A stretch of 64,000 bases of DNA from Octopus bimaculoides (lineage: Eukaryota): assembly GCF_001194135.2 (NCBI RefSeq), contig NC_068998.1, forward strand, positions 38,673,290 to 38,737,289, given 5' to 3'. Within the stretch, counting starts at the first letter, position 1; every line of letters begins with the position of its first letter. Positions 1 to 10,695 of this stretch are shown here, one piece after another. Made by a program: the position numbers and the translations under genes. The notes beneath the pieces were generated by a model. The model saw nothing but the letters and a program-made list of their open reading frames with translations, was not told the DNA's origin and made no database searches.

Positions 1-78
1 ACACACACACACACACACACATTGATGTTCAAATCGCATTTAATATTTAACATCTATATGTACATACAATGACGCACC

Positions 79-125
<47 letters not shown>

Positions 126-899
126 CTAAGATGCAGCACGCGATAAATACGCTACCTGCGCACCACTGTTAAATTAGAAATGAGAAAATTTTTACTCTTC
201 TGACACTGTTCAAATAATACGTTATATATATATAAATATACTATTATAGCCGCTAGTATAAGTGTAACCAGTACATTCTATTTATTGCATAGTGTGTCCT
301 AGTTTAAGTCCATGATATATGTGAAGCAGCTCTCTGTAAGGTATTTTTCCTATAGCTTATAGTGCAATTTAATCGATACGGCCTATAGAACACCATTCTA
401 ATTTGATGGCATAGTGTATGCGTGCGTATGTATGCGAGCTTGCTTTCTTTCTCTCTCTACACAGAGAGCTGTACACGCATCAGCTTATACTGAAATGTAA
501 TCAATACAAGAATACATAGAACACAGTTTTCTAATTTGATCTCGTACTATATGTGAAGCAAACTCGTAATGTCATACGGTACCTATTTCTGGTCGATAGC
601 ATACCTTCTGTATTATTATAATCTCAAGTTATTTTATACTGCTTCGTTTATAGATGATAACGCAGTGTAATTACTGTGTCGAGATTGTGATATACAATAG
701 CCTATTGTATAACCGTATCTATATTCTTTTTGCGCATTGTATATTGTATCAGTGAATACTATAACCTATTAAATATAGTATCATTATTTAGTGTAGCCTA
801 TTGTATACATTATATATATATATATACATTACAGTTAATTGTTTTGTGAGGCTTTATATACAATAGGCAATTATATTATGCGTCAATTAATACTGTCAT

Positions 900-1525
900 A
901 GTCTGTTGTATTATGAATCATTATGCACCATAGTCTACTGTACTGTGAGTCATTGTACACACTAGACTGTTCTATCCTGGCCTATTCAATTATGTGTCAT
1001 TCAAACTATTGCATTATGAGTCATTATAATCATAGAGTCAATATATATAACAGCCTTATTGTAATGTGAATCGTTAGACAAAAATACTGTATTATGAGTC
1101 ATATGGCATAGCCTGCCGTATTTTAAGTCTATGTATGCAATAGCTTATTGTATGGTGAGTCAGAATATGCAATAGCCTAATATATTGTGAGTCAGTATAT
1201 AGAATAATAAATTCCTTTGTGAGTCAATACATATTATTCTACTGTCAGTAGAATACCGTATTTAATCCTGTATATGCTATATTATTTCATACTTGATTTT
1301 ATATTGGTAAAACTGGAGTGTGATATATACACGGGGCAAAACCAAAGCTTTGAAAGGGGGGTGGATTTGTACCTAGATTCAACTCTGAATTAGAGGTGCG
1401 ACTATTACACAAGTCAATACGGTGCTTTAAATCTTGTAATGTGAGTCATAATAGTTTAGCATAATTTTTGTTTTCGTCTGCATGCTGTTTTATTAAACAT
1501 AATACCGTATTGTACTGAGTCACTA
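900..1525 (+). repeat. Decayed ~30-bp minisatellite containing eight perfect TGAGTCA motifs
   Basis: TGAGTCA at 946, 1017, 1095, 1156, 1188, 1220, 1442 and 1516, all in the same orientation, each preceded by TATTGTA/TACTGT-like sequence; near-variants at 914, 1034 and 1067. Confidence 0.7.
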
Positions 1526-1624
1526 AATACTTATAGCTCTGTCGTGGGCAATGTTTTTTTTCTGACACTGGAACCTCTGAGATATTGCTCGTCATGAATC
1601 AGATAATAACACGAAAACAATCAT

Positions 1625-2098
1625 TTACTCTATTACTTGTTTCAGTCATTTGACTGCGGCCATGCTGGAGCACCGCCTTTAGTCGAGCAAATCGACCCCG
1701 GGACTTATTCTTTGTAAGCCTAGTACTTATTCTATCGGTGTCTTTTTGCCGAACCGCTAAGTTATGGGGACGTAAACACACCAACATCGGTTGTCAAGCG
1801 ATGTTGGGGGGACAAACACAGACACACAAACATGCATATATATATATATACATATATACGATGGGCTTCTTTATACACATCTCTCTCTCTCTCCACACAC
1901 ACACACACACACACNNNNNNNNNNNNNNNNNNNNNNNNNNNNNNNNNNNNNNNNNNNNNNNNNNNNNNNNNNNNNNNNNNNNNNNNNNNNNNNNNNNNNN
2001 NNNNTATATATACGGGCTTCTTTCAGTTTCTGTCTACCAAATCCACTCACAAGACTTTGGTCGGCCTGAGGCTATAGTAGAAGACACTTGCCCAAGGT
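1625..2098 (-). mobile_element. SINE family A, 5'-truncated copy (gap 1915-2004 inside)
   Basis: Reverse complement of the family A body and 3' tail (GACTGAAACAAGTAA); stops at CCTTGGGCAAGTGTC with no tRNA-like head. Confidence 0.9.
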
Positions 2099-2127
2099 TA
2101 CATGAAGCACTATTTATGCATAGTGCT

Positions 2128-2340
2128 TTGTGTTTGTTCCTCCACCGTCGTTTGACAATCGATGTTGGTGTGTTTATGACCCCGTAACATTACCGTTTCG
2201 GCTAAAGAGACCGATAGAATAAGTACTAGGCTTACAAAGAATAAGTCCTGGGGTCGATTTCTTCGACTAACATCCTTTAAGGCTGTACTCCAGCATGGCC
2301 GCAGTCAAATGACTGAAACAAGTAAAAGAATAAAAGAATA
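2128..2340 (+). mobile_element. SINE family A, 3' half only
   Basis: GTGTTTGT...GATAGAATAAGTACTAGGCTTACAAAGAATAAGTCCTGGGGTCGAT...GACTGAAACAAGTAAAAGAATAAAAGAATA. Confidence 0.9.
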
Positions 2341-2914
2341 TATATATATATATATTAAGATTCATAGATTGATATATTGATATAAACCTATATATATATA
2401 TATGCATTAATAGATAGTTATCTATTAAGGCGTGTGTTAAATATATCGACATCTAGATATCTATGTATCTATCTATCTCTGTATATGTATATCTATTAAT
2501 AGATATCAATCTTAATAGATGCATTTCTGTAATTGCAAGCGAGACGTACACTAGGTACTTCGTATTTCGTCGGGTATTGCCTTCGCGACAGAAAAAATGG
2601 CGACCGTTGTAACTCATTAGTGAACGCAGGAAAAAGATTTGTCTGCATCATCACGAATAATAAGTACATTAAATACGATTGTAGTGTTAAATTTTTAAAA
2701 TTATTACTGTTATGATGAAGTAACTAAGTATGAAATATCGTACTCACCTACCTCAAAAAAAGTAAGATGGTGCGAGGCAATCCAAATTAAACTCAAATTT
2801 TAGATATCATATTTGGACCATGCCAGGGATCATAAAAAATGGACAAGAACCTTGAGGGAAATTTGGAAGAGAATTAATTGTCTTAAAAAGAGCTGGAAAA
2901 TTATGAAAATATCG

Positions 2915-3530
2915 CGACTAAGATGGTAGAATTGTTAGAGTGCGTGAAGAAAATGTCCTGCGGTATTTGTTACGGTTCTTTTACATTCTGAGTTCAAACC
3001 ACGTCGTAGTCGACTTCGATTGTCCCACCGCAGTTTACTCTTTTACTCTTTTAATTGTTTCAGTCATTTGACTGCGGCCATGCTGGAGCACCGCCTTTAG
3101 TCGAGCAAATCGACCCCAGGACTTATTCTTTGGAAGCCTAGTACTTATTCTATCGGTCTATTTTACCGAACCGCTAAGTTACGGGGACGTAAACACAGCA
3201 GCATCGGTTGTCAAGCGATGTTGGTGGGACAAACACAGACACACACACACACACACATACATATATACGACGGGCTTCTTTCAGTTTCCGTCTACCAAAT
3301 CCACTCACAAGGCTTTGGTCGGCCAGAGGCTATAGTAGAAGACACTTGCCCAAGGTGCCACGCAGTGGGACTGAACCCGGAACCATGTGGTTGGTAAGCA
3401 AGCTACTTACCACACAGCCACTCCTACGCCTGTTAAAATAAAGTACCAGTCAAGTACTAAGATCGATGGTATCGACTACTTTCCTTCCCATCAAAGTTGC
3501 TGGCCTTCGACCTAAATTAGAAACCATTGT
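2915..3530 (+). mobile_element. Degenerate SINE family B2 copy split by the family A insertion at 3034-3431
   Basis: Left piece has TTCTGAGTTCAAA...GTCGACTT; right piece (3432-3530) has TAAAATAAAGTACCAGT...GCTGGCCTT...AATTAGAAACCATT, matching the B2 body and tail. Confidence 0.55.
3034..3431 (-). mobile_element. SINE family A, full-length, young
   Basis: Complete reverse complement: tRNA-like head, CCTTGGGCAAGTGTCTT segment, internal (TA)/(TG) tract, 3' half and (TAAAAGAG)n tail. Confidence 0.95.
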
Positions 3531-3737
3531 TATTCTTGATTTTTTCACTTTGTTCCAAACATGTCTACATATAACTTTGGCACCAAATATGAATACAACA
3601 GTAAAGTCACGTAATTTGAATACATACATACAAACGTACGTACGTATGTGCCTACCTCCACATGTACATACATACATACATACATACATACATACATACA
3701 TAAGTACGTACATACACAATTCATACTTACACATATA

Positions 3738-3901
3738 GGCGCAGGAGTGGCTGTGTGGTAAGTAGCTTGCTTACCAACCACATGGTTCCGGGTTCATTCC
3801 CACTGCGTGGCACCTTGGGCAAGTGTCTTCTACTATAGCCTCGGGCCGACCAAAGCCTTGTGAGTGGATTTGGTAGACGGAACTGAAAGAAGCCCGTCGT
3901 A

Positions 3902-3968
<67 letters not shown>

Positions 3969-4185
3969 TTGTGTGTCTGTGTTTGTCCCCCCCAACATCG
4001 CTTGACAACTGATGCTGGTGTGTTTACGTCCCCGTAACTTAGCGGTTCGGCAACAAGAGAACGATAGAATAAGTACTAGGCTTACAAAAATAAGTCCTGG
4101 GGTCGATTTGCTCGACTAAAGGCGGTGCTCCAGCATGGCCGCAGTCAAATGACTGAAACAAGTAAAAGAGTAAAAGAGTAAGAGT
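3738..4185 (+). mobile_element. SINE family A, full-length reference copy
   Basis: Head GGCGCAGGAGTGGCTGTGTGGT (A-box-like) ... GGTTCATTCCC (B-box-like); CORE-like CCTTGGGCAAGTGTCTT; internal (TA)n(TG)n; tail GACTGAAACAAG(TAAAAGAG)n. Confidence 0.95.
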
Positions 4186-4831
4186 ATATATAATATACGT
4201 GTAGCAAGGTTATGACCAAAGACTTCTCAGTTTATATACATTATCTATTGCTACGGTATTACAAGGCTTCATGTCATACGGACAGAGTTAATCTTATATG
4301 AACATCATATTTTACAGGTATCGGAGATCTTCAAGAGAAATTTGATCATCAGGCTAATTTTCACATCGATGCATATTCATGTGGCCATGTCGATGCTTCT
4401 TCCATCTCTGGATTGAGCACAGAGCTGTGAAAACAGCTATTAGGAGAATCGCACTAGGCTGAGTACGGAGTGGTAAAAAAAAGCTATTAGCGAGAGAGAA
4501 ATTCACTCAGGACCTAACTCAGCGGGGTCCGAATTCACTCTGCCGTTTTCGCGTTGATAACGCCGTATTTAAAGCCTCTGTTCAAAGAAAGTTCTGGTGA
4601 TTATCACGTGAACAAAAAGGTCTAATTGATCGAAATGGGGTCTGCACGCACAATAAACTCGTAATTAACATGTGGTCGAAAATGGGGTCAAAATCAACTG
4701 CTATATGCGTATACATTTATTTATACATACATGCGTACATTATAATATACATATACAAATAGATGCATATACCATTACATGCATACATTAATACGTGCTT
4801 GTATACGAATACAGGCATGCATACATACATA

Positions 4832-5049
4832 CGAGGTGGGTGCTGAAAAGTTCCTGGCTTTAAGGGTATCATGAAAGGTTTGGTTGAAGGTCCAACCTTC
4901 CGAGTTCTTTTACAGGGCTTAGAAAAACTGAGGATCGCTGCAATAAGTATGTGAATCTGAGAGGGGAATATGTTGAATAAAATCATAATTAACTGATCCT
5001 CCTGTATTTTTTTTTTACCCAAAGCCAGGAACTTTTCAGTACACCCTCG
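4832..5049 (+). mobile_element. Internally deleted mariner element (MITE) with TIRs and TA TSD
   Basis: Left CGAGGTGGGTGCTGAAAAGTTCCTGGCTTT vs right AAAGCCAGGAACTTTTCAGTACACCCTCG; flanked by TA at 4830-31 and 5050-51; interior reads like a mariner C-terminus (DRCNKYVNLRGEYVE*). Confidence 0.9.
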
Positions 5050-5649
5050 TACATACATACAGACAGACAGACAGACAGAGAAGGGAGAGACGAATACACC
5101 GCATATGTGCACAACAATGAAAATAACAACATCGTCATAGTAAGTGAAGAACTCCTAAATAGGAAAAAGGTTTACAGGGTATAGAGCTGTTGCATGTAAT
5201 ACCCAAGCGTAACTGGGTATTACATTTTTAAATACAAATTTCGAGGACAAATTCATGATGTCTACACAAAGTTATACAGGAGTACACATCTTACAAGCAA
5301 AAGAGTTTGAACGAGTAGCTTCCCTTGGGCACTTGTAACAGACATATCACATCCCACCTAGAAGGATACGCCTTTGCTATTCAAGTACTGCAAGTAGCCA
5401 TTAAATACCCGATCAATAAAAGAGAGACGGGTGCGTCCATATTGAGAAAGAAAATGTCGATTGTGTTAGACTAATGTTTAAAATATCACCTACGTCTTCA
5501 GCAGTTGCTCACAGATGTCCGGAAGTCAATATCTTTCAATGCTGTCTACTGGAAGGATTGTCCGTACAGTCATACGAAAGGCACATCAGAACTAGAATGT
5601 ACCTACACCTTTAAAAAGTAAGGAATATTGATACAACATTTCAATTATG

Positions 5650-5684
<35 letters not shown>

Positions 5685-5716
5685 CTGTACGGTTCAAACA
5701 CAGGGGAACTAATACT

Positions 5717-6117
5717 GGGGAAGGTGTGGTTGTGTGGTAAGCAGCCTGCTTCCTCACCACATGGTTCAGGATTCTGTCCCACTGCGTGGTACCTCCAGCA
5801 AGTGCCTTCTACTATAGCCTCGGGCCGACCAAAGCCTTGTGAGTGGATTTGGTAGACAGAAACTGAAAGAAGCCTGTCGTATATATGTATATATATATAT
5901 GTGTGTGTATGTGTTTGTATGTCTGTGTTTGTCCTCCCAACATCGCTTGACAACCGATGCTGGTGTGTTTATGTCCCCGTAACTTAGCGGTTCGGCAAAA
6001 GTGACCGATAGAATAAGTACTAGGCTTCCAAAGAATAAGTCCTGGGGTCGATTTGCTCGACTAAAGGCGGTGCTCCAGCATGGCTACAGTCAAAAGACTG
6101 AAACAAGTAAAAGAGTA
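5717..6117 (+). mobile_element. SINE family A, near full-length
   Basis: Head, CORE-like segment, internal SSR, 3' half and tail all present. Confidence 0.92.
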
Positions 6118-6656
6118 TATAANNNNNNNNNNNNNNNNNNNNNNNNNNNNNNNNNNNNNNNNNNNNNNNNNNNNNNNNNNNNNNNNNNNNNNNNNNNNNN
6201 NNNNNNNNNNNNNNNNNNNNNNNNNNNNNNNNNNNNNNNNNNNNNNNNNNNNNNNNNNNNNNNNNNNNNNNNNNNNNNNNNNNNNNNNNNNNNNNNNNNN
6301 NNNNNNNNNNNNNNNNNNNNNNNNNNNNNNNNNNNNNNNNNNNNNNNNNNNNNNNNNNNNNNNNNNNNNNNNNNNNNNNNNNNNNNNNNNNNNNNNNNNN
6401 NNNNNNNNNNNNNNNNNNNNNNNNNNNNNNNNNNNNNNNNNNNNNNNNNNNNNNNNNNNNNNNNNNNNNNNNNNNNNNNNNNNNNNNNNNNNNNNNNNNN
6501 NNNNNNNNNNNNNNNNNNNNNNNNNNNNNNNNNNNNNNNNNNNNNNNNNNNNNNNNNNNNNNNNNNNNNNNNNNNNNNNNNNNNNNNNNNNNNNNNNNNN
6601 NNNNNNNNNNNNNNNNNNNNNNNNNNNNNNNNNNNNNNNNNNNNNNNNNNNNNNNN

Positions 6657-6757
6657 CAGCAAGTGCCTTCTACTATAGCCTCGGGCCGACCAAAGCCTTG
6701 TGAGTGGATTTGGTAGACAGAAACTGAAAGAAGCCTGTCGTATATATGTATATATAC
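6657..6757 (+). mobile_element. SINE family A fragment identical to 5797-5890 (probable assembly redundancy)
   Basis: Shares private variants (CAGCAAGTGCC, AGACAGAAA, GCCTGTCG) with the copy before the 6123-6656 gap. Confidence 0.7.
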
Positions 6758-7482
6758 ATGCATATATGGGTACAGAACATCAAAAAACGTTGAACACAAT
6801 GAGAAACGAAAACATAAAAACAAAACAGAAAACGAACTTCTTTGCGAACAACGAAAAAAACAAACAGAGAAACGAGACATGCAACATAAAGAGTATACCC
6901 CTTCGTCAGTTGTCCCTGTTTCATCTACTCCGCGTTACGAAGGTAAGGACAATACCGACTTCATTGAAACAGTCCTTCCCGCAAAGCAAATTAAGTAAAA
7001 TTTGGGATTTTTGCGGAGGGTGAAAGTGTTAACAAGAACAGGACAGTGAGAACAAGACAGTAACAACAAACGGTGAAGGCTGTTGAGCCAAGACGATATG
7101 GTTTGGTCAAGAGCAGCGTTTTCAAAGTCAAGTCTATAGACTTTGTTCATATGTGTGGTGCACATTTTTTTTGTTACTTAAATGGAAGTGGGGAGGAGAC
7201 AAACAAGGCGGCGACAAACTGGTCTGGAACAACGAGGTGTGCTCATCGTTAAAGAACACTGACGACCAGAATGGTTTGTCTTGGATCAATAACCTTTATA
7301 TTCCGTCCTTAGGTCCTAAAGTCGTGATGGAGATCCGCCAGCTTGCCATGAATATTTAAACTTAACTGGATCCCATTTCTCCTTTTGTTTGATCACAACT
7401 GATTTCTTTCAGAGAAGGAGGGAGGGGGAAAGGGAGAGAGAGGGAAAGGAAGAGAGAAAGAGGGGGGGCGAGAATCATATTA

Positions 7483-7632
7483 CTGGCTCAGTTGTTTGCT
7501 GACCTTTGAAATGATGAAAGGCAAAGTTGACCTCGGTGGGATTTGAACCCAAAGTACAGAGGGTTGGAATGGATACCACACAAAGTATTTATTCTACACA
7601 ACATTCAAAAGATTTTGCCAATTCACCGCCTA
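7483..7632 (-). mobile_element. Degenerate SINE family B/B2 head and body
   Basis: GATGAAAGGCAAAGTTGACCTCGGTGGGATTTGAACCC...TTTTGCCAATTCACCGCC matches reverse of B consensus. Confidence 0.65.
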
Positions 7633-8308
7633 ACAACAGTTGATAAGTCTTGAAAATAAAAAGCGGAAACTAACAACTGCTGGACAAAGCACACAAAAAG
7701 GATTCCCGAGAGTAGATGTTTTGGCGTGAAGGGAATGACTGGCGTGCTTAGGGCGGATTCTGAAGGGCGGAAATGGACGCAATATAGATGTCAAGGCGAA
7801 GATAGACAAATTATATTGGAGTGGCTAAGTATAGATAGCCAGCCAGCTCCTAAGTGAAGAACCCCTGTAGTAATGATACGATAAGTTACAGTGAGGAGAC
7901 GACATGTTTATGGACCAGAGACTGTAGTGCGAGTTCATGCCAACTGAAACTAATTCGTATTAATCCTGCCACGAGTTTCCTTGGAAAGTGCATAAGGTCA
8001 ACAAGTTATACATTCAGAGACCAACACACGTCAAACACTTATCATCCTGCTGACAGCATGTCTCTTCTTCGTCCCTACTTCTGTTTGTTTTAGTCTACTG
8101 CTGCCGTGTCTCCTCTTATCTTCTCGCAAGCTAGTAAGCCGAGAAGCTGTGAACCAAGCACTCATTTCTTCTCTCCACCCAATTCTGATGTGTCTCACCC
8201 ACCTCTAGAATGTTGTTAAACACTTTTCAATCTTTCATCCTAAGAACTGCAATATTCTGAAGCTCAACAGCTGTTCGCATTGTTTTTATTATTAGAATCG
8301 TTAGAAAT

Positions 8309-8646
8309 GCGGCGAGCTGGCAGAATTGTTAGCACGCAGCATGGAATGCTTGGCAGTTTTTCGCCCGTCGCTACCTTCTGAGTTCAAATTCCGCTGAGGT
8401 CGACTTTGCTTTCCATCCTTTCGGGGTCGATAAATTAAGTACCAGTGAAACACTGGGGTTGATGTAATCGATTTAATCCCCTCCCCCAAGCTGCCCTTGT
8501 GGCAAAAATTTGAAATCTTTATCAAAATCGTTAGTATGCTGTGCACAATGCTTAGCGGCATTTCGTCCGTCTTTACGTTTTAAGTTCAGGTTCTGCTAAA
8601 GTCGACTTTGCCTTTCATCCTTTCAGGGTCGATAAAATAAGTAGCC
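8309..8646 (+). mobile_element. Tandem pair of SINE family B2 copies
   Basis: GCGGCGAGCTGGCAGAATTGTTAG...GAGTTCAAATTCC...CTTTCGGGGTCGATAAATTAAGTACCAG...GCCCTTGTGGCAAAAATTTGAAATC, followed by a second copy (8523-8646) truncated after GGTCGATAAAATAAGT. Confidence 0.85.
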
Positions 8647-9048
8647 ATTATTATTATTATTATTATTATTACTATTACTATTTGATGAAAGCTCTCAGCT
8701 TAGTTTGTTGGGTATGATGGAAAGTGTCAGCTGTCCACAGCCAGCAGACTAAGGTGACCCTTGTTTACTGGTCATGCTTCAAGAACCCTGCGAAGAATTC
8801 TTGTAGTTCCAAGCAATGCTCATTTTTGTAGGTGTTCTATCTTTACATTTGTACCAATGTTTTTGAGCCATGTTGGTAGCTGAGTGCTGATACTTCCAAG
8901 TGCCCCAATTACTATTGGTATCACGTCTACTCTCCTCATTGATCACAACCTTCGTATTTCCCACTTTAAATCATCATAGTTGTTTATTTTTTCTTCTTTC
9001 TCTTTGATCCCGTTGTCACCGGGAAATGCTATGCCGATTATCATGCAA
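8647..9048 (-). mobile_element. R4/Dong-like non-LTR retrotransposon 3' end (RLE domain, two in-frame stops, (TAA)n tail)
   Basis: Minus strand reads CMIIGIAFPGDNGIKEKEEKINNYDDLKWEIRRL*SMRRVDVIPIVIGALGS...LQK*ALLGTTRILRRVLEA*, then a 3' UTR and (TAA)n at ~8647-8680. Typical C-terminus of restriction-like-endonuclease LINEs. Confidence 0.85.
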
Positions 9049-9290
9049 NNNNNNNNNNNNNNNNNNNNNNNNNNNNNNNNNNNNNNNNNNNNNNNNNNNN
9101 NNNNNNNNNNNNNNNNNNNNNNNNNNNNNNNNNNNNNNNNNNNNNNNNNNNNNNNNNNNNNNNNNNNNNNNNNNNNNNNNNNNNNNNNNNNNNNNNNNNN
9201 NNNNNNNNNNNNNNNNNNNNNNNNAATCATCTTACCCCTCACCCGGAATTTCTGGCCTTGTGTCAAAATTTGAAGCCATTATCAATTATT

Positions 9291-9492
9291 GGCGAGCTGG
9301 AAGGATCGTTAGCACGCCGGCCGAAATGCATTGTGGTATTTCGTCTGTCTTTCTATTCTGAGTTCAAATTCCGCCGAGGCTGACTTTGCCTTTCATCCTT
9401 TCTGGGGTCGATGTAATCGGCTAGTTCCCTTCCCACAAAGTTGAGGCCTTGTGCCACCAGTAGAAAGGATTATTATTAATATTATTATTATT
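9291..9492 (+). mobile_element. SINE family B variant with internal deletion and (TAT)n tail
   Basis: B head and body; the sequence jumps between the two GGGGTCGAT direct repeats; tail GGCCTTGTGCCACCAGTAGAAAGGATTATTATT. Confidence 0.8.
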
Positions 9493-9615
9493 GAAACTCC
9501 TGGAGTTTTGCATGTGTAGCGGGCTTGCTACCTGCAGCCTACGGTGCCACGCTATCTGTTCTTTTCAACTCTCTAGTACTTTCCTGATTATTCTGGCCGT
9601 GCCAAGGAGGCAAAC
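9470..9615 (-). mobile_element. Second R4/Dong-like LINE extreme 3' end
   Basis: Minus strand VCLLGTARIIRKVLES* (9565-9615), short UTR, (TAA)n tail. Confidence 0.75.
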
Positions 9616-9617
9616 AT

Positions 9618-10695
9618 TTTATAATAGTCCCGAGTGTCTTCCTGACACCTAGGGCAAAAAAAAACTCACTGATAGGCCATTAAAATAAACACATCAGAGT
9701 GTTCTTTTACCAAACAGAATGAAGTTAAGTGAAAAAAAAAAAAATCCACGTGCGGTAATCGTTCTCACAGTGACAAGTCTCTTCTCAGTACATGTAACGT
9801 ACTAGTTAAAACAACCTTTTGCACTTCTTGCATACATGGTAAGCCAGAGAACATCCTCAAATAATTTTCAGCTCCTTTTTTGATCATTCAAAGTGCTCCT
9901 ACAATCATTAGTAATCTAACCGCTTTGAGTAACCACGTTTTCGATTTCAATGAGCAATTTTTTATATTTTCTGAACTTGTCAAATTCTTTTGCCGAGACA
10001 TTATGATCACAAGGGATTCTCATGTCGATCAATAAACAGGCTGCATTGTTTTGGTCTTTCACAATGATATCCGGTTTACTAGCTTTGATGATTCTGTCTG
10101 TGTGTATTGGAAAGTCCCAAAGAATCGTTACATTTTCTCCCTCGCGGTGGTGCTGATACGATTTGTCAACAGATTTGATTTTATAATGCCAACATATTAA
10201 CCAGTGTAAATATTGGTCGACCCTGTCTTGATTTATACTCCACTGGTGCTAATATTTCACATCCACAGATTAGGTGGTCGTCTGTTTCAATCTCATCATT
10301 GCAGAATCGGCATTTAGATCTACAGTAATCTCTCGCCATATCGCGGTTCACCTTTCGCGCACTCAGTATATCGCGGATTTTCTGGTTCATATATGTGAAT
10401 TTATATCGCGGACTCTTCAGTATATCGCGGGTTTCTGCGGCCAATAGGTATTTATATTTTTTTTTAGATTTTAATTATTTCTGTGGGAGGTCTTGGAACG
10501 TAATACCCGTGACAGTCAAGAGATTACTGTCCTCCATTTTTCATCACTTTGGCTTTTCTTGAGCAGCTAAGATGAAGCCTTCCCCCTCTGCCTTCAGCCC
10601 AGAGCTCCGTAGCCGTTGATGTGTCTTGCTTCTGGTCAACATCAGCTGCTTTACTACGAACAACATATTTTTCATGCAGAAGTTTCTGCTCCCAC
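9618..10695 (-). mobile_element. Third R4/Dong-like LINE, 5'-truncated (CCHC zinc knuckle + RLE), interrupted by a MITE
   Basis: WEQKLLHEKY...THQRLRSSGLKAEGEGFILAAQE / KCRFCNDEIETDDHLICGCEILAPVEYKSR / ILWDFPIHTDRIIKASKPDIIVKDQNNAACLLIDMRIPCD, with frameshifts. Confidence 0.88.
10323..10529. mobile_element. Tigger/pogo-like MITE
   Basis: TIRs CAGTAATCTCTCG (10323) and CAAGAGATTACTG (10517-10529); TA on the left, TC on the right; internal TATATCGCGG repeats; splits the LINE reading frame. Confidence 0.75.

Noticed and set aside
3738-3815. tRNA genes (heads of families A, B and C)
   Set aside because: A/B boxes are present but the cloverleafs are degenerate, and each head is fused to a SINE body.
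4310-4430. Possible exon after TTTTACAG
   Set aside because: All frames stop early or lack a donor site; no recognisable protein.
5194-5225. 12-bp perfect hairpin as a Helitron 3' end or terminator
   Set aside because: AT-rich stem with no downstream CTRR and no Helitron features; intrinsic terminators are not relevant in this eukaryotic context.
6757-7330. Possible Penelope/LTR-like repeat with CTGACGA plus a small hairpin on the minus strand near 6900
   Set aside because: No GAAA after the stem and no second copy in the window; it cannot be classified.
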